In this document: positions 39,119-50,597 of the stretch, piece after piece | Position numbering within the stretch: the first letter of the stretch is position 1 | Layout of the letters: each line of letters opens with the position of its first letter | Position numbers and translations under genes: made by a program | The notes under the pieces: model-generated | The model's database searches: none | Told to the model about the DNA's origin: nothing | Seen by the model: the letters and a program-made list of their open reading frames with translations, nothing else | NCBI RefSeq assembly: GCF_006345805.1 | Contig: NC_043009.1 | Span: forward strand, 20,026,001 to 20,090,000 | Source of the DNA: Octopus sinensis | Lineage: Eukaryota | Length of the DNA stretch: 64,000 nt | Direction: 5' to 3'

Positions 39119-41471
39119 CAGTAGTTTTATTTTTATAGCGTGCTTTCACTTCACTACCGAGCACAGCTCTGTGTGCCTTAGGTATGTGCTGTGATTTGTT
39201 GTGATGCTCTGATGGTTATTGTATGGAAAGTGTTCTGCGTAGGATGTGTGCAGTGCCTAGTAGTGCAATTTTCTGTATGTTATATGTGTTTGTAAGTCCT
39301 GGTGTTTTTGTTATGTATTTGTCTGAATATTTTTTTATCATGCCTAATGCACCTACTATGATAGGAATTGTTTCCGTTTTTAGATTCCACATTCTGGTTA
39401 CCTCTATTTCCAGGTCTTTGTATTTTGAAAGTTTCTCCATTTCTTTTAGAGACACATTGTCATCTGCCAGTATTGATACATCAATTAGAAAACATTTTTT
39501 TTCTTCATGATCTCTGACAACTATATCTGGTCTGTTGGCCTTAATTTCTCTATCTGTGTGTATCGGCATATCCCAGAGTATGGTTGCTTTCTCGTTTTCT
39601 GTGACCTTTTCTGGTGTGTGCCTATACCATCTTTTTTCTGTTGTTATTCCATAATGTTGGCATAGCTTCCAGTGTATGTAGGTTCCAACTCTGTCATGTC
39701 TATGAATATATTCCTTCTTAGCCAGGACTGGGCAGTCAGAGATAATATGATTTATTGTTTCTTGTCCATCTCCACATATTCTGCAGTTACTTGTTATATT
39801 TCTTTTCATTACATGTTTTTGGTAATTTCTGGTGGGGAGGCTTTGGTCTTGTGCTACAATTAAAAATCCCTCTGTCTCTGCTTTGAGTCCTGAGCTTCTC
39901 AACCATTGCTGGGGTTTTTCTTTGTCTATTTCTTTTGCGTTTAGTTTAGTCCAGTATTTACCATAAAGGGGCTTTTCTTGCCATCGTTTTATCATGATTC
40001 GTTGCTGTTCTATTTTTAGTTTGGATTTCATTTGTTTTATAGCTTTTGTTGTTTCTTCATCTTCTTCTTCTTCCTCCTTATATTTATTAGGTGGTATGAT
40101 TTCTTGTTTGTATTTGTCAGCTTCCTTAAATACTGAGAACAATTTTTTGTTTTGCTCGTATTTTGCCACTATTTGTATCAGTTTTCCTTCCTTCTGAAGT
40201 AGATATTTTTGCAGTCCTATGGTGGTTATTTTATAGGAGTTTTCCAGCTGTATAAGGCCTCTACCACCTTCTATACGTTGTATATATAGTCTTTCTATGT
40301 CAGATTTTGAGTGATGCATCCTAGATCCTGTCATTATTTTTCTTGTTTTCCTATCTATTTTGGTCAGTTCATTTAGTGTCCAGTTAAGGATATTGTAGCT
40401 GTAACTTATAACTGGAACAGCTAAAGTGTTAATACCTATTATCTTGTTTTTAGCATTGAGCTCTGTTTTTAGTATTGATCTAACTCGTCTATAATATTCT
40501 TTTTTTATTTTCTCTTTCATTTGTGTGTGTTGTGTCTTATCTAGTTCATGGATTCCTAAGTATTTGTAAGTTTGGCTTTGGTCTAATTCTTTTATTTCAT
40601 TGGTTTTATCTAGTGTGATGTTGCTACTCTTAGCTAGTTTTCCTCTTTTCATGGTTACTTTGGCGCATTTTTCTAATCCCAATTTCATATCTATTTCTTT
40701 GGTAAATCCATGAACTGTCTTTAATAGTGTTTCCAGTTGTTTGTCATTTGCAGCGTATAGTTTTTGGTCATCCATATATAAAAGGTGGCTGATCGTTTTG
40801 CCGTAACATTTATATCCGCATCCAGTTCTATTTAGCATATCAGATAGAGGTGACAGTGCCAAGCAGAAAAGGAGTGGAGAGAGCGTGTCTCCCTGGAATA
40901 TTCCTCTTCTAATGGGGATGGCTTTGGTTTTCATGAGTCCCTCTTTTGTTTGGAGCTGTAGCACTGTTTGCCATTTATTCATAGAGTGCCCTATGAATTT
41001 TATAATTGTTGGTGCTACTTTGTTAATGACTAGTGTTTCGAGGATCCATGTGTGGGGGATGCTATCAAATGCCTTTTTGTAGCCGATCCAGCCCATACTG
41101 AGGCCTTTCTTCTTTCTGTGGCTGTCTTCAGTTATGGCTTTATTAATCATTAGTTGATCTTTACAGCCATATGAGCCTTTGCGGCATCCTTTCTGCTCTT
41201 CTGGAAACAGGTTGTTTTTGTCCAGGTGCTTGTTCAACCTTTGCGATATCACTGCAGTAAATGCCTTGTACATTGTAGGGAGACAGGTTATTGGTCTGTA
41301 GTTTTCTGGTTTTGCTGTCTCATTTGATTTGGGAATTAAGATGGTTTTTCCCCTTCGTGAGCCATTCAGGCATTGTCTCTGGCTCTGCTAGTATGTTGTT
41401 AAAGTTTTCAGCCAGCTTTTTGTGCATTCCTGTTAGATATTTCAACCAGAAGTTGGGGATCTTATTATTAA
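39119..41471 (-). mobile_element. 5'-truncated R4/Dong-like RLE non-LTR retrotransposon flanked by (TAA)n
   Basis: RT, CCHC and RLE motifs in one ORF; ~95-nt 3' UTR followed by (AAT)n at 39053-39118; TTAATAATA at the 5' junction. Confidence 0.9.
39216..41273 (-). CDS. Reverse transcriptase plus zinc knuckle plus restriction-like endonuclease (685 aa open; continues upstream across a +1 frameshift near 41350)
   Basis: EQKGCRKG, YKKAFDSIPH, GIFQGDTLSPLLF, YMDD, CRICGDGQETINHIISDC, NRPDIVV...IDVSI...EKLSKYKDL. Confidence 0.9.
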   Translation of the reverse strand: MYKAFTAVISQRLNKHLDKNNLFPEEQKGCRKGSYGCKDQLMINKAITEDSHRKKKGLSMGWIGYKKAFDSIPHTWILETLVINKVAPTIIKFIGHSMNKWQTVLQLQTKEGLMKTKAIPIRRGIFQGDTLSPLLFCLALSPLSDMLNRTGCGYKCYGKTISHLLYMDDQKLYAANDKQLETLLKTVHGFTKEIDMKLGLEKCAKVTMKRGKLAKSSNITLDKTNEIKELDQSQTYKYLGIHELDKTQHTQMKEKIKKEYYRRVRSILKTELNAKNKIIGINTLAVPVISYSYNILNWTLNELTKIDRKTRKIMTGSRMHHSKSDIERLYIQRIEGGRGLIQLENSYKITTIGLQKYLLQKEGKLIQIVAKYEQNKKLFSVFKEADKYKQEIIPPNKYKEEEEEDEETTKAIKQMKSKLKIEQQRIMIKRWQEKPLYGKYWTKLNAKEIDKEKPQQWLRSSGLKAETEGFLIVAQDQSLPTRNYQKHVMKRNITSNCRICGDGQETINHIISDCPVLAKKEYIHRHDRVGTYIHWKLCQHYGITTEKRWYRHTPEKVTENEKATILWDMPIHTDREIKANRPDIVVRDHEEKKCFLIDVSILADDNVSLKEMEKLSKYKDLEIEVTRMWNLKTETIPIIVGALGMIKKYSDKYITKTPGLTNTYNIQKIALLGTAHILRRTLSIQ

Positions 41472-41558
41472 ACTGGGGTCGATATAATCGACTTAATCCG
41501 TTTGTCTGTCCTTGTTTGTCCCTTCTATGTTTAGCCCCTTGTGGGTAGTAAAGAAATA
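41472..41558 (+). mobile_element. 3' half of a family B SINE (Tx1-type tail) abutting the R4 5' end in opposite orientation
   Basis: CTGGGGTCGATATAATCGACTTAATCC...TTAGCCCCTTGTGGGTAGTAAAGAAATA. Confidence 0.85.
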
Positions 41559-41629
41559 TATTATTATTATTATTATTGTTGTTGTTGTTGTTGTTGTTAT
41601 CATTATTATTATTATTATATATATATAAC

Positions 41630-41765
41630 CAGTTTGATTTGGTTCCATGCAACTTAAGCATTTGTTGGCTCATCACAAGAACCAAGCACATCAGGCTGAA
41701 CCTGATGTGTTAGGTCCTGTGTTGAGCCAGCAAATGCTTAAGTTGCATGGAACCAAATCAAACTG
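41630..41765. repeat. 136-nt near-perfect hairpin
   Basis: 43-bp outer stem with one T-G pair, inner stem GCACATCAGG/CCTGATGTGT, 5-nt loop CTGAA. Confidence 0.92.
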
Positions 41766-41870
41766 TTTTAAAGAATGATATATGTAACTCCTACTAAATG
41801 TGTTGAGTGCCTCTTTCTTTCATTTGTCCACACTCACACTCACACATTTATACACACACTCCTACACATG

Positions 41871-41931
<61 letters not shown>

Positions 41932-43627
41932 ACATACACACACACACACACACTAAATGGTGCTTGTTTCAGCAACGAATGTAAATGCATACTAATGCAG
42001 AATACATAAATATTATGTTATTGTTAAAATGTTGAGAATATAAAATATTTATGTTCTAAGTAAAAGAAATAATTCCATGAGGTACATTTGAAGAATTTCA
42101 GAATTACTCACAGAATTAGCATTAAAATTAGTTGATTATTCCACGGACACATGAATACTAAATGTAACTTTCAGGTAGAGTCAGAGTGACACAGCTTGGC
42201 CTTTAATTACAATTACAGTCCATGTGACAAGCTTTGACTCAATTTTCATCTAACCAGGTTCACTCGTAAAGTTTAAGTCAGCCTAATGTTAAAGTAAAAA
42301 TGTTGGCCCAATGAATATTCCTTGACAGCTGACATTAACTATGAAAATTTGTCCAGCATTTGTTGAAGTTCTTATAAAACATAAACAATTGACTTGAATT
42401 GCAGTTTCTCTTAACTAAAACACATTCTGCCTTTGTTGCTTAGTTTTCTAGAATAATTTCAGACAGATCAATATCTGTCCTAAAAGTAGTCCCATTATCA
42501 TATTTATAGTGTGAATTTTGATTTATATGGCTTAAATGTTACAACATGCTGAGAATATGACCTGCTATTTTGCATATAACATCTCATACATATGTATGGA
42601 ATTGGTTGAAGTTTATTTCTTTGTTTATTAAAGCCAATACTGTGTCTGTTCTTATCCGGTGCTTTTTTATGTAGATATATATTTCAAAGTCAAGAATTTT
42701 GTTCCACGCATCATAATTATAGAGAGAGCATGTTGTAATATTTACATTATTTATCAGTCATAACAAATCTGTGAATGTACAAAATTTCAGAAAAATAAAA
42801 GCCTGATAATTTTTTTTTTTTTTACTTGTTTATCAGAGAATCTAAGGCCTTTGTCAGGACCATTGCAGAAGTGCCAAGATTGTGCAGACACAGAGGGAAA
42901 AGAAAGACACTTTGCTGGAGCTGAGATGTCAATTGGGTTAATCAATCACTCTGTCTAACATGGCCAGTGCAACACTGTTACCTGAGACCCAAGTAATTAT
43001 TTCTCTCCAGAAGGAGATTGGTGAAATGAGGAGGAATTTCAACTTGGGCAGTCACAACAAATACCAGAAAATGTCTCCCCCAATATTTTACACTTCCACC
43101 AATCCATCATGCCCACCACCACTAGCTACTTTCTTTATATCATCCCCATTAAATGCAAAAAGAACTTTGGCAGAATCTAAACTCAGTTACATCAAAATGT
43201 AACGAACAGTTACATGTAGCTATAATGCAATTTATTGCAGTGTGATGTAACACAAAGCTACATCTCACTGTAACAGAATTACATCACACTGTTACATGCA
43301 GTTACATCTCATTGTAACACAGTAACGTGTTTAATTGATCTGTTAAAAAAACAGTTGTCTATCCTTCAAGTTACACTTTTCTCTTTTTATAATATTGAAC
43401 ACATCCAACAATGTAATCAATGATACATATAGAGGTGTGATGATAATGGCTGGAATGCATTTGATCATATCTTTCAACTTAGTACCTGCCACCTTAAAAT
43501 ATGACAAAGTGCATAATGTGATTGTATGTACCCTGTCAATTTTCCTGTCACCGTATGTCTGCTGCATCAAGGCTGGCCTGGGGCTAAATAACAACAACAG
43601 CAGCAGCAATGATAACAAACTGAGAAA

Positions 43628-43950
43628 TTAACTGGCTCTCAACAGCAAGTGTTCCATTAGATCTGATCAACAGAACAGCCTGCTCATGAAATTAACATGC
43701 AAGTGGTTGAGTACTCCACAGACACATTCACTCTTAAAGTAGTTCTCAGGGAAATTCAGTGTGACACAGGATGTTGTTGACAAAGATGGCCCTTTGAATT
43801 ATAGGTATGATTCACTGTTTCTAGTTGAGTGGACTGGAACAATGTGGAATAAAGTGTCTTGCTCAAGGACACAGTGTGTCACCAGGGATTGAGCTCATTA
43901 CCTTACAATTATGAGCCAAACACCCCTAACCACTGAGCCATGTGCCTTCA
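43628..43950 (-). mobile_element. tRNA-derived SINE, further family (GTGTCCTTGAGCAAGACACTT block)
   Basis: Minus-strand head GCACATGGCTCAGTGGTTAGGG...AGCTCAATCCCTGG, then GTCCTTGAGCAAGACAC. Confidence 0.7.
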
Positions 43951-44877
43951 TATTGAAGCTGAGAAATAAAACAAATGTTACCTGCTGCCAACAGAAATGT
44001 CTTTTAAAATTGTAATTAATGAAAGTGATTCCCAGATGATTTAGCATTTTTCTATAAAATATACCAACAATTTATAAAGAATCTGTATCTACTTCATTCT
44101 TAAATGGTAGCAATTCCAAACCTAACCATAACCATTGGATTAATTCAGTCATGTCTTGATTTATTCTGATTAAATTCAATCAATTATTTGAGAAATTCTT
44201 CGAAATCCATTTTTGAAGTTCTAGAGGAATTCTATCTGCAGTTGTTAGTTTCTGATCCACATTCCATACATTGACTTTTCTGTCCATTTCTCTCATCATT
44301 CTTCTATTAAACAGTCTTTGATAATGTTCAACTTCCTGTTTAATTTTCTGGCTCCATTCTTCAGCTTCTTCTTTCCTGTTATTCTCCTTTTCCTTTGGTT
44401 GAAATCCATTTCTACTTTGAGACATCTGTCCTTGCCAACTTCAAGTAGTATAATTTTCTAAGTATTTCCTTTATTCCAGTACTTTCAATGCATTCAATAA
44501 AGAATTTTTATATCCTCATCTGATCAGTTTTTCACAAACAGTCTCTCCTCTCCTCTCAATAATTAGTGTCATCCTCTCTCACCCAACGTTGCATACTTCC
44601 TGTGTAATATTTCTGAAATTCAGAATTAATGGCTTAGGATCAGCTGTAATGGATGCTGGAATACCAATTTCTGTGAAGCTATCAATATAGTAATCGCTTT
44701 TGCCAGCTATTAAGAAGAGCTTATCGTTCATGGAGAGTCTGTATTGTAAATGTAGTGGCAAGAACACAACTGTTTGCACCATCACATCCTGATACTTAGA
44801 TCTAACCTCGTTAAGGTCAATTTAACCCATTATCCTATTGTGCTGAACTGAATAGTATGTCATGGATCAGTTAGTTG

Positions 44878-44879
<2 letters not shown>

Positions 44880-44933
<54 letters not shown>

Positions 44934-44946
44934 CATTATTATTATC

Positions 44947-44996
<50 letters not shown>

Positions 44997-45006
44997 TATC
45001 ATTATC
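44880..45006. repeat. (ATT)n/(ATC)n microsatellite
   Basis: Direct. Confidence 0.97.
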
Positions 45007-46119
45007 ATATTGAGTTTTGTGAATAAGGGTGTCATTGGTTCTCACTTTCCCCACATAACAATAACTGATTTATTATATTGATAACGACAAGAATGATAAG
45101 AGATTATCTGTGTAATATGGGTGGAATAAATACCACAAGATAGTTTTGCTGGTTTACAGGCAATGTCCTCTCCAATTTGTTTATCTTTCACCAAAGCACA
45201 CACTCACACACATCACACACTTACACACACACACACATGTATAGATGGGTTTCTGTACAGTTTCCAAATTCTCTTCACAAAGTATTGATCAGCCTAAAGC
45301 TACAATGGAAGACATTTGTCTGAGATGCAGTACTTTTGGACCAAATGTAGGACCATGTAAATCTCAGAAAGAATAAAAAAAGGGAGCTGTGTGTTTCAAA
45401 AGTAATCTGTATTTCCTGATAATTCTGTTGGATAATACAATCTACTTTGGTAAATGTTACGATTGGAGATTCTGGAAAGAAAATTTTTATAACCTTGTAT
45501 GGTGTTGTTCAGATTTGATGCAGCAGACCTATGATCAAAGATGTTCCAGCTATGATCATGCTTTTGTTTAGCCCCAGGAAAGACTAGATCCAGTAGACCA
45601 GTGATCAAAAGCATTCCTACCATGACCATAGTATCACAAGCAATACATTATTCAATATGTCCTTCCTTTTTAAAAGCGTAAAGTACAATTTGAAGAAGGT
45701 TTAGCTGCTATTCTGTGCAAAACAGAGCAAGTGAAGGCTTTGAAATATCCCTCATATTCAAATGCTTGTATACATTCTTACTTACAACAGTCAGTAAATT
45801 CTCTTGTGGGAATATTTACACTTTATAATGCTGTTGACACTGCCAGTCTGGATGGTACTTCCCAGGTGTTAAAACCATAATATCTATCAGGGAGCTGAAG
45901 ATAGGATGCATACATTTGATGTGATTAATGTGTGTTTGTGTGTGCGTACTTTTACATATATTATATTCATAATAAAATATAAAAATCATGTTAAAGATTT
46001 TTATCATGTTGTCATCATGCTATAAAAATTTATAGGCAATTTATACATTAAATTAATTGCTCCCGTAATATAATTATATACATATGTATATTTTTATTAA
46101 TTATATATATATAAATACA

Positions 46120-46161
<42 letters not shown>

Positions 46162-46324
46162 AAACATTTATATTTATATATATGTGTTACAGGCTTCTTT
46201 CAGGTTCCAATTACTAAATCCATTCTCAAGGCCTTAATTGACCCAGGGGTATAGCAGGACTGAACCTGAAACCATGTGGTTGGAAGCAAACTTCTTAACC
46301 ATTTAGTTACATCTGCACCTATAT

Positions 46325-46400
46325 GTGTGGTAAGAAATTTGCTTCCCAACCAGCATGGCCACAGTCTAATGACTGAAACAAGTACAAGATAAAAGATAAA
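46325..46400 (+). mobile_element. Internally deleted ~75-bp family A SINE (head fused to CR1-type tail)
   Basis: GTGTGGTAAGAAATTTGCTTCCCAACCA joined to GCATGGCCACAGTCTAATGACTGAAACAAG. Confidence 0.75.
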
Positions 46401-46454
46401 TATCTATGGTGGTTGTTGACTACTCCTTATGCAGAGTTTGACCACCTCCTGTAC

Positions 46455-46927
46455 CTACACCTTAGAAACATCATGGCATCTGATGTGGTGTTTTAAACCA
46501 GACAATGTTTTGAAAAGACACCCACATAGATTGCATATCTGATTTGGACCACCAAGAGCTGCAGATAAGTTCTGTTTTTTTTTTTTATCTTAAAATATCT
46601 TTTGAGGCCTCCATTAGATTTGCAGACCTTCTGACATACATTGCATTGAAAGGTGTGCACAGACATATAGGCAGAATAGTTGGTGGAGGTTCGATTTCCA
46701 TGGGTTTGCAAATGAGATTGAGCCCAGCAAAAGAAAGGCATGGTCTGTCACAAATTGTGCACACAAAAAGGACATTGTGTTTCATCTTCTCAATCATAAC
46801 CATTCTTCCTTAAATCTCTCTTGAGTCTTGCATTATCCTGGCCTCGTCAAATGCTTTCACTCCACTCCACACTTTTGTTCACCATCCAGCTCGATCCAAA
46901 GCAAGGGTTTCTATGTCCTCTGAATTC
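46455..46927 (-). pseudogene. 3' fragment of an RTE LINE ORF ending in three C2H2 fingers
   Basis: IETLALDRAGW*TKVWSGVKAFDEARI, then VCTICDRPCLSFAGL(K)SHLQTH, FQCNVCQKVCKSNGGLKRYFKI, ICNLCGCLFKTLSGLKHHIRCH*. Confidence 0.8.
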
Positions 46928-47959
46928 CATGCTGGCATGGGTGGGACAGATTGACAAAAACTTGAAGAAGACTGCACCAAGCTGAGCCATCGGCTTTGGT
47001 ATGGTTTCCAAGGGTGGATACCCTTCTCCTAACACCAAACACTTTACAGAGTGAATTGGGTGTTTTATGTGGCATTAGCAACAGTAAGGTCACTCAGTAA
47101 CTTACAAGACCCCTCAAATGGGGTGGTGGGGTACTGAGGGACAAAAAAGGTGTCTGGCATTATAAGAGAAACATGCTTACCTCAGATGGAGAGAGAGAGA
47201 AGTGAAAGATGATGGAATGTGAGTAGGGGCCAACACACAAATATACATACATATACATACATGCACACATATATGACAGACTTCCCTCTCTTTCACACAC
47301 CATGTCCACTCACAAGGCTTTTATAAGTCAAGAGCTATACTTGCCCAAGGTGCCACACGGTGGGACTGAACCCATGATCATATAAGTTAGAAGTGAACTA
47401 CTTAAACACCAGCCATATCTATGTAAAATGAAGAGAGAGAGAGCATTTTAATAAACATTAGTTTCATGGAAGAATAGACAACCAACCCACATTGATGAAT
47501 TGCAATCCTGCCTCACATTCCTTTTTAATAAATGTTCCCTTTTTTTAAGATATTAGGGTCTGGTTCGAGAGAGATTTGGTTGCTGTTTTAAGATAGCAAA
47601 GTAACTCTGTAGAGATCTCCACTTTGGCTTCACACATTGACAGTGTTGTCCAAGATATACAATGCCAGGAAAGCAGCACAGCTGGTGTAACTTTGTTCAT
47701 AGGTTTGTTGAATCAGGGGTGGCCAAGAGTTAAATACTACCACACTAACAACAACAACAACAAGTACACCATGCTGCCAAAAGTTTCCCAATGTTACCAG
47801 AATTCTATGGAACCTAACAGATTTATGGCAACACTTGGTGACTTCCATATTGATGGCATGTCAAAGTCCACTCAGATGTGTGTGTGTGCTCATGAAGAAG
47901 TATGGCTGTCCAGGTTGAACAAGTAATTAAGACAAATATTGTAATTCCAGTCGATTAAC

Positions 47960-48141
47960 ATCCATCAACCCATCCATATATATACACATACATACATATA
48001 TATTGTGTATGTATATATATGTGTGTATATATACATATATATATATTGCATATATATATATATATATGTATATATATATGTGTGTATGTATATATATATA
48101 TATATGTATGTATAATGCATGTATGTATATGTGTGTTTGTG

Positions 48142-48180
<39 letters not shown>

Positions 48181-48954
48181 CCTACTGATATATATAATCT
48201 CTATTTTATATGTACCTCCCATCATCAAAAAAAGAAAAGAAACACACACACTCTCACAAACACACACCCAATATCCTCTAAGGTGAAGGTTACCGCACCA
48301 AATCTGCTATTTTCTGGCCGAAGGGCTTTTAGCCAATTACTTTGAAAACAATGCAACAAGGAAGAATAAATAGATAAATAAATCTCTCCAAGATGGCACT
48401 ATATTGGTAATAATGAAGGGTAATCCAGAATGACCTTTTGTGAGCAGGATTTTCTACAGCATTGGTAATTGCCTGATTACTTTCCTTATAAATATTCTCT
48501 TGTTATTCTTCATCTGAGGATATAAATACAACAGACATTTGCATCAACTTATGTGATTACCTCAACAAAAAAGCAGATGTCACAGCCCATACATGCATGT
48601 ATACATATACATACATACATACATACATACACACATACACACAAACACAGGCATATGCACAAACACACGTATATATTTATATGTATGCATGTATGTATGT
48701 ATGAGATTTTACGTTTCCATAGTTGATAATTAGTAACAAATAATATCATGGTACATTATACATACATAAATAATGCATTGAATACATATTAAACTTTATA
48801 TACACCTCTTTTGTAGTAAGGGTCATTGAAGAACACAGGATTGTTCAGGTAAAAACTCTTCTCCAGGAGAAAGAGTAAAAATGATAATGAAATTTGTGTT
48901 GTATAGAATATATAATTACATACGTAGCTATACACATATGCATGTATATATCTA

Positions 48955-49037
<83 letters not shown>

Positions 49038-49044
49038 ATCTATA

Positions 49045-49112
<68 letters not shown>

Positions 49113-49500
49113 ACACATATATATATATATATATAGAACTATGTATATATATACATACATATATAAACGACATACATATATATATGTATATGTATGTATG
49201 CATAATATATATATATACACATGTACACATATGTATATGGGCTTGTGTATAATTATATGCAATATATATATATATATAATTGCATATGTATATATTTACA
49301 TGTATATCTGGGTATATGTATGTGTGTATATATATATATACACACATACATACATACATACATATATACATATGTACAAGCACATGAGCACACACACACA
49401 CATATATGTATGTATGTATATATGAACGTAATATATATACACACATACACATATGTATGTATGTATATATGTACATATCAATGTGTGTGTGTTTGCGAGA
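47960..49500. repeat. Cluster of (TA)n, (CATA)n, (TCTA)n and (TG)n microsatellites with short unique gaps
   Basis: Direct. Confidence 0.9.
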
Positions 49501-50110
49501 AATACTTTCATTGTGCACAACTGATTAATTGTGGTATTGATTTCAAGATTTTCCCCTCTGCCTCACATAACGACACTTATGTTCTGGACTGAAGCACTCC
49601 TCCAACTGCTTGTCTTGCATCTGCCTCTCAACAGCTGCCTGTATTATAGTACATTCCCTGTGAAGAGAATCACCGCAGTGTTTAGTGGAAACGCTAGCAT
49701 CATTTACAATGGTCACCATCTGTGGCAGCGGAACATACGCAGAAAATAATCAGAATGCAGCAGGGAATTATATTTCATCATTTCGTTGATGACCAAATAA
49801 AAAAATAAATAATACAATAAACAGCAAATATATCCTGTATTTCATTCCTGAAAATCTGGGAACATTCTAAGTTTTGAAGAGCAAAAATTCTATGAATTCT
49901 TCATTAGAATAATTAAGATGGAAAGTTCTGAATGTCAAAGAGAGTTTGAAAATGCCAGTTCTTAAAGAAGAGATTTCCTAAACTTTATTGAGAATGTTAA
50001 GATTTTAAAATCTTCAAATCAGGTGGACATGCAGTTTTGGTTTCACAAAGAATTGTAAACAAGTTCTAACAATTTTTTATTATTTCTTCAGAGACTGAGC
50101 AATTGGGATT

Positions 50111-50155
50111 GTCCTAATTGGTTTCATCCCCGTTTGGAGACTCATCTGGAAACAT
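50111..50155 (-). ncRNA. Decayed minimal hammerhead ribozyme motif
   Basis: CAGAUGA-GUCUC-CAAACG-GGGAU-GAAA-CCAA-UU; core U4 changed to A and loop 3 no longer palindromic. Confidence 0.4.
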
Positions 50156-50550
50156 TTGTTTATATTTCATGACTAAACTAATCTTGTGGCAAAATTTCAG
50201 ATTGATTCAATATATTTATGCTGTGCATTGCTAATTATTTAATCATGTGGTCTGCAAATGCACGCTTATGCAAATTAGATTGTCCAGTATAACTGAATAC
50301 TGGTTTGTGCTTGATGTAAATAGCTAACATAGCTATCAATCTCTCAGTTGGTAGAGGAAATGAGGACAGAGTGCCATCTGCAGATATGGGCACTTTGAGG
50401 GGAAGTCACCTGGGTGTTTCACAGATTTGGGGGTCTCAGGGCTAATCTGTGTATGCAGTAATTTGTTGCCAAAATTAAATGTAGGAGCTTCGGTGTTTCG
50501 TTTTATTTTGGGGTCTGTAATGCTGCTAAGACAGCTCTAAATGAAGGAAC

Positions 50551-50597
50551 TTATTCTCTGATGAATCTCAAAATAGGGATGAAACTAGTCTGGAAAA
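50551..50597 (+). ncRNA. Minimal type I hammerhead ribozyme motif, intact core, weakened stem I
   Basis: CUGAUGA(50558-64)-AUCUC-AAAAUA-GGGAU-GAAA-CUAG-UC, predicted cleavage after 50590; stem I UUAUUCU/UGGAAAA is imperfect. Confidence 0.65.

Noticed and set aside
42837-43021. Plus-strand exon candidate with strong acceptor and MASATLLPETQ start, and a possible partner exon at ~48816-48847
   Set aside because: No homology and several alternative donors; too weak to call without RNA data.
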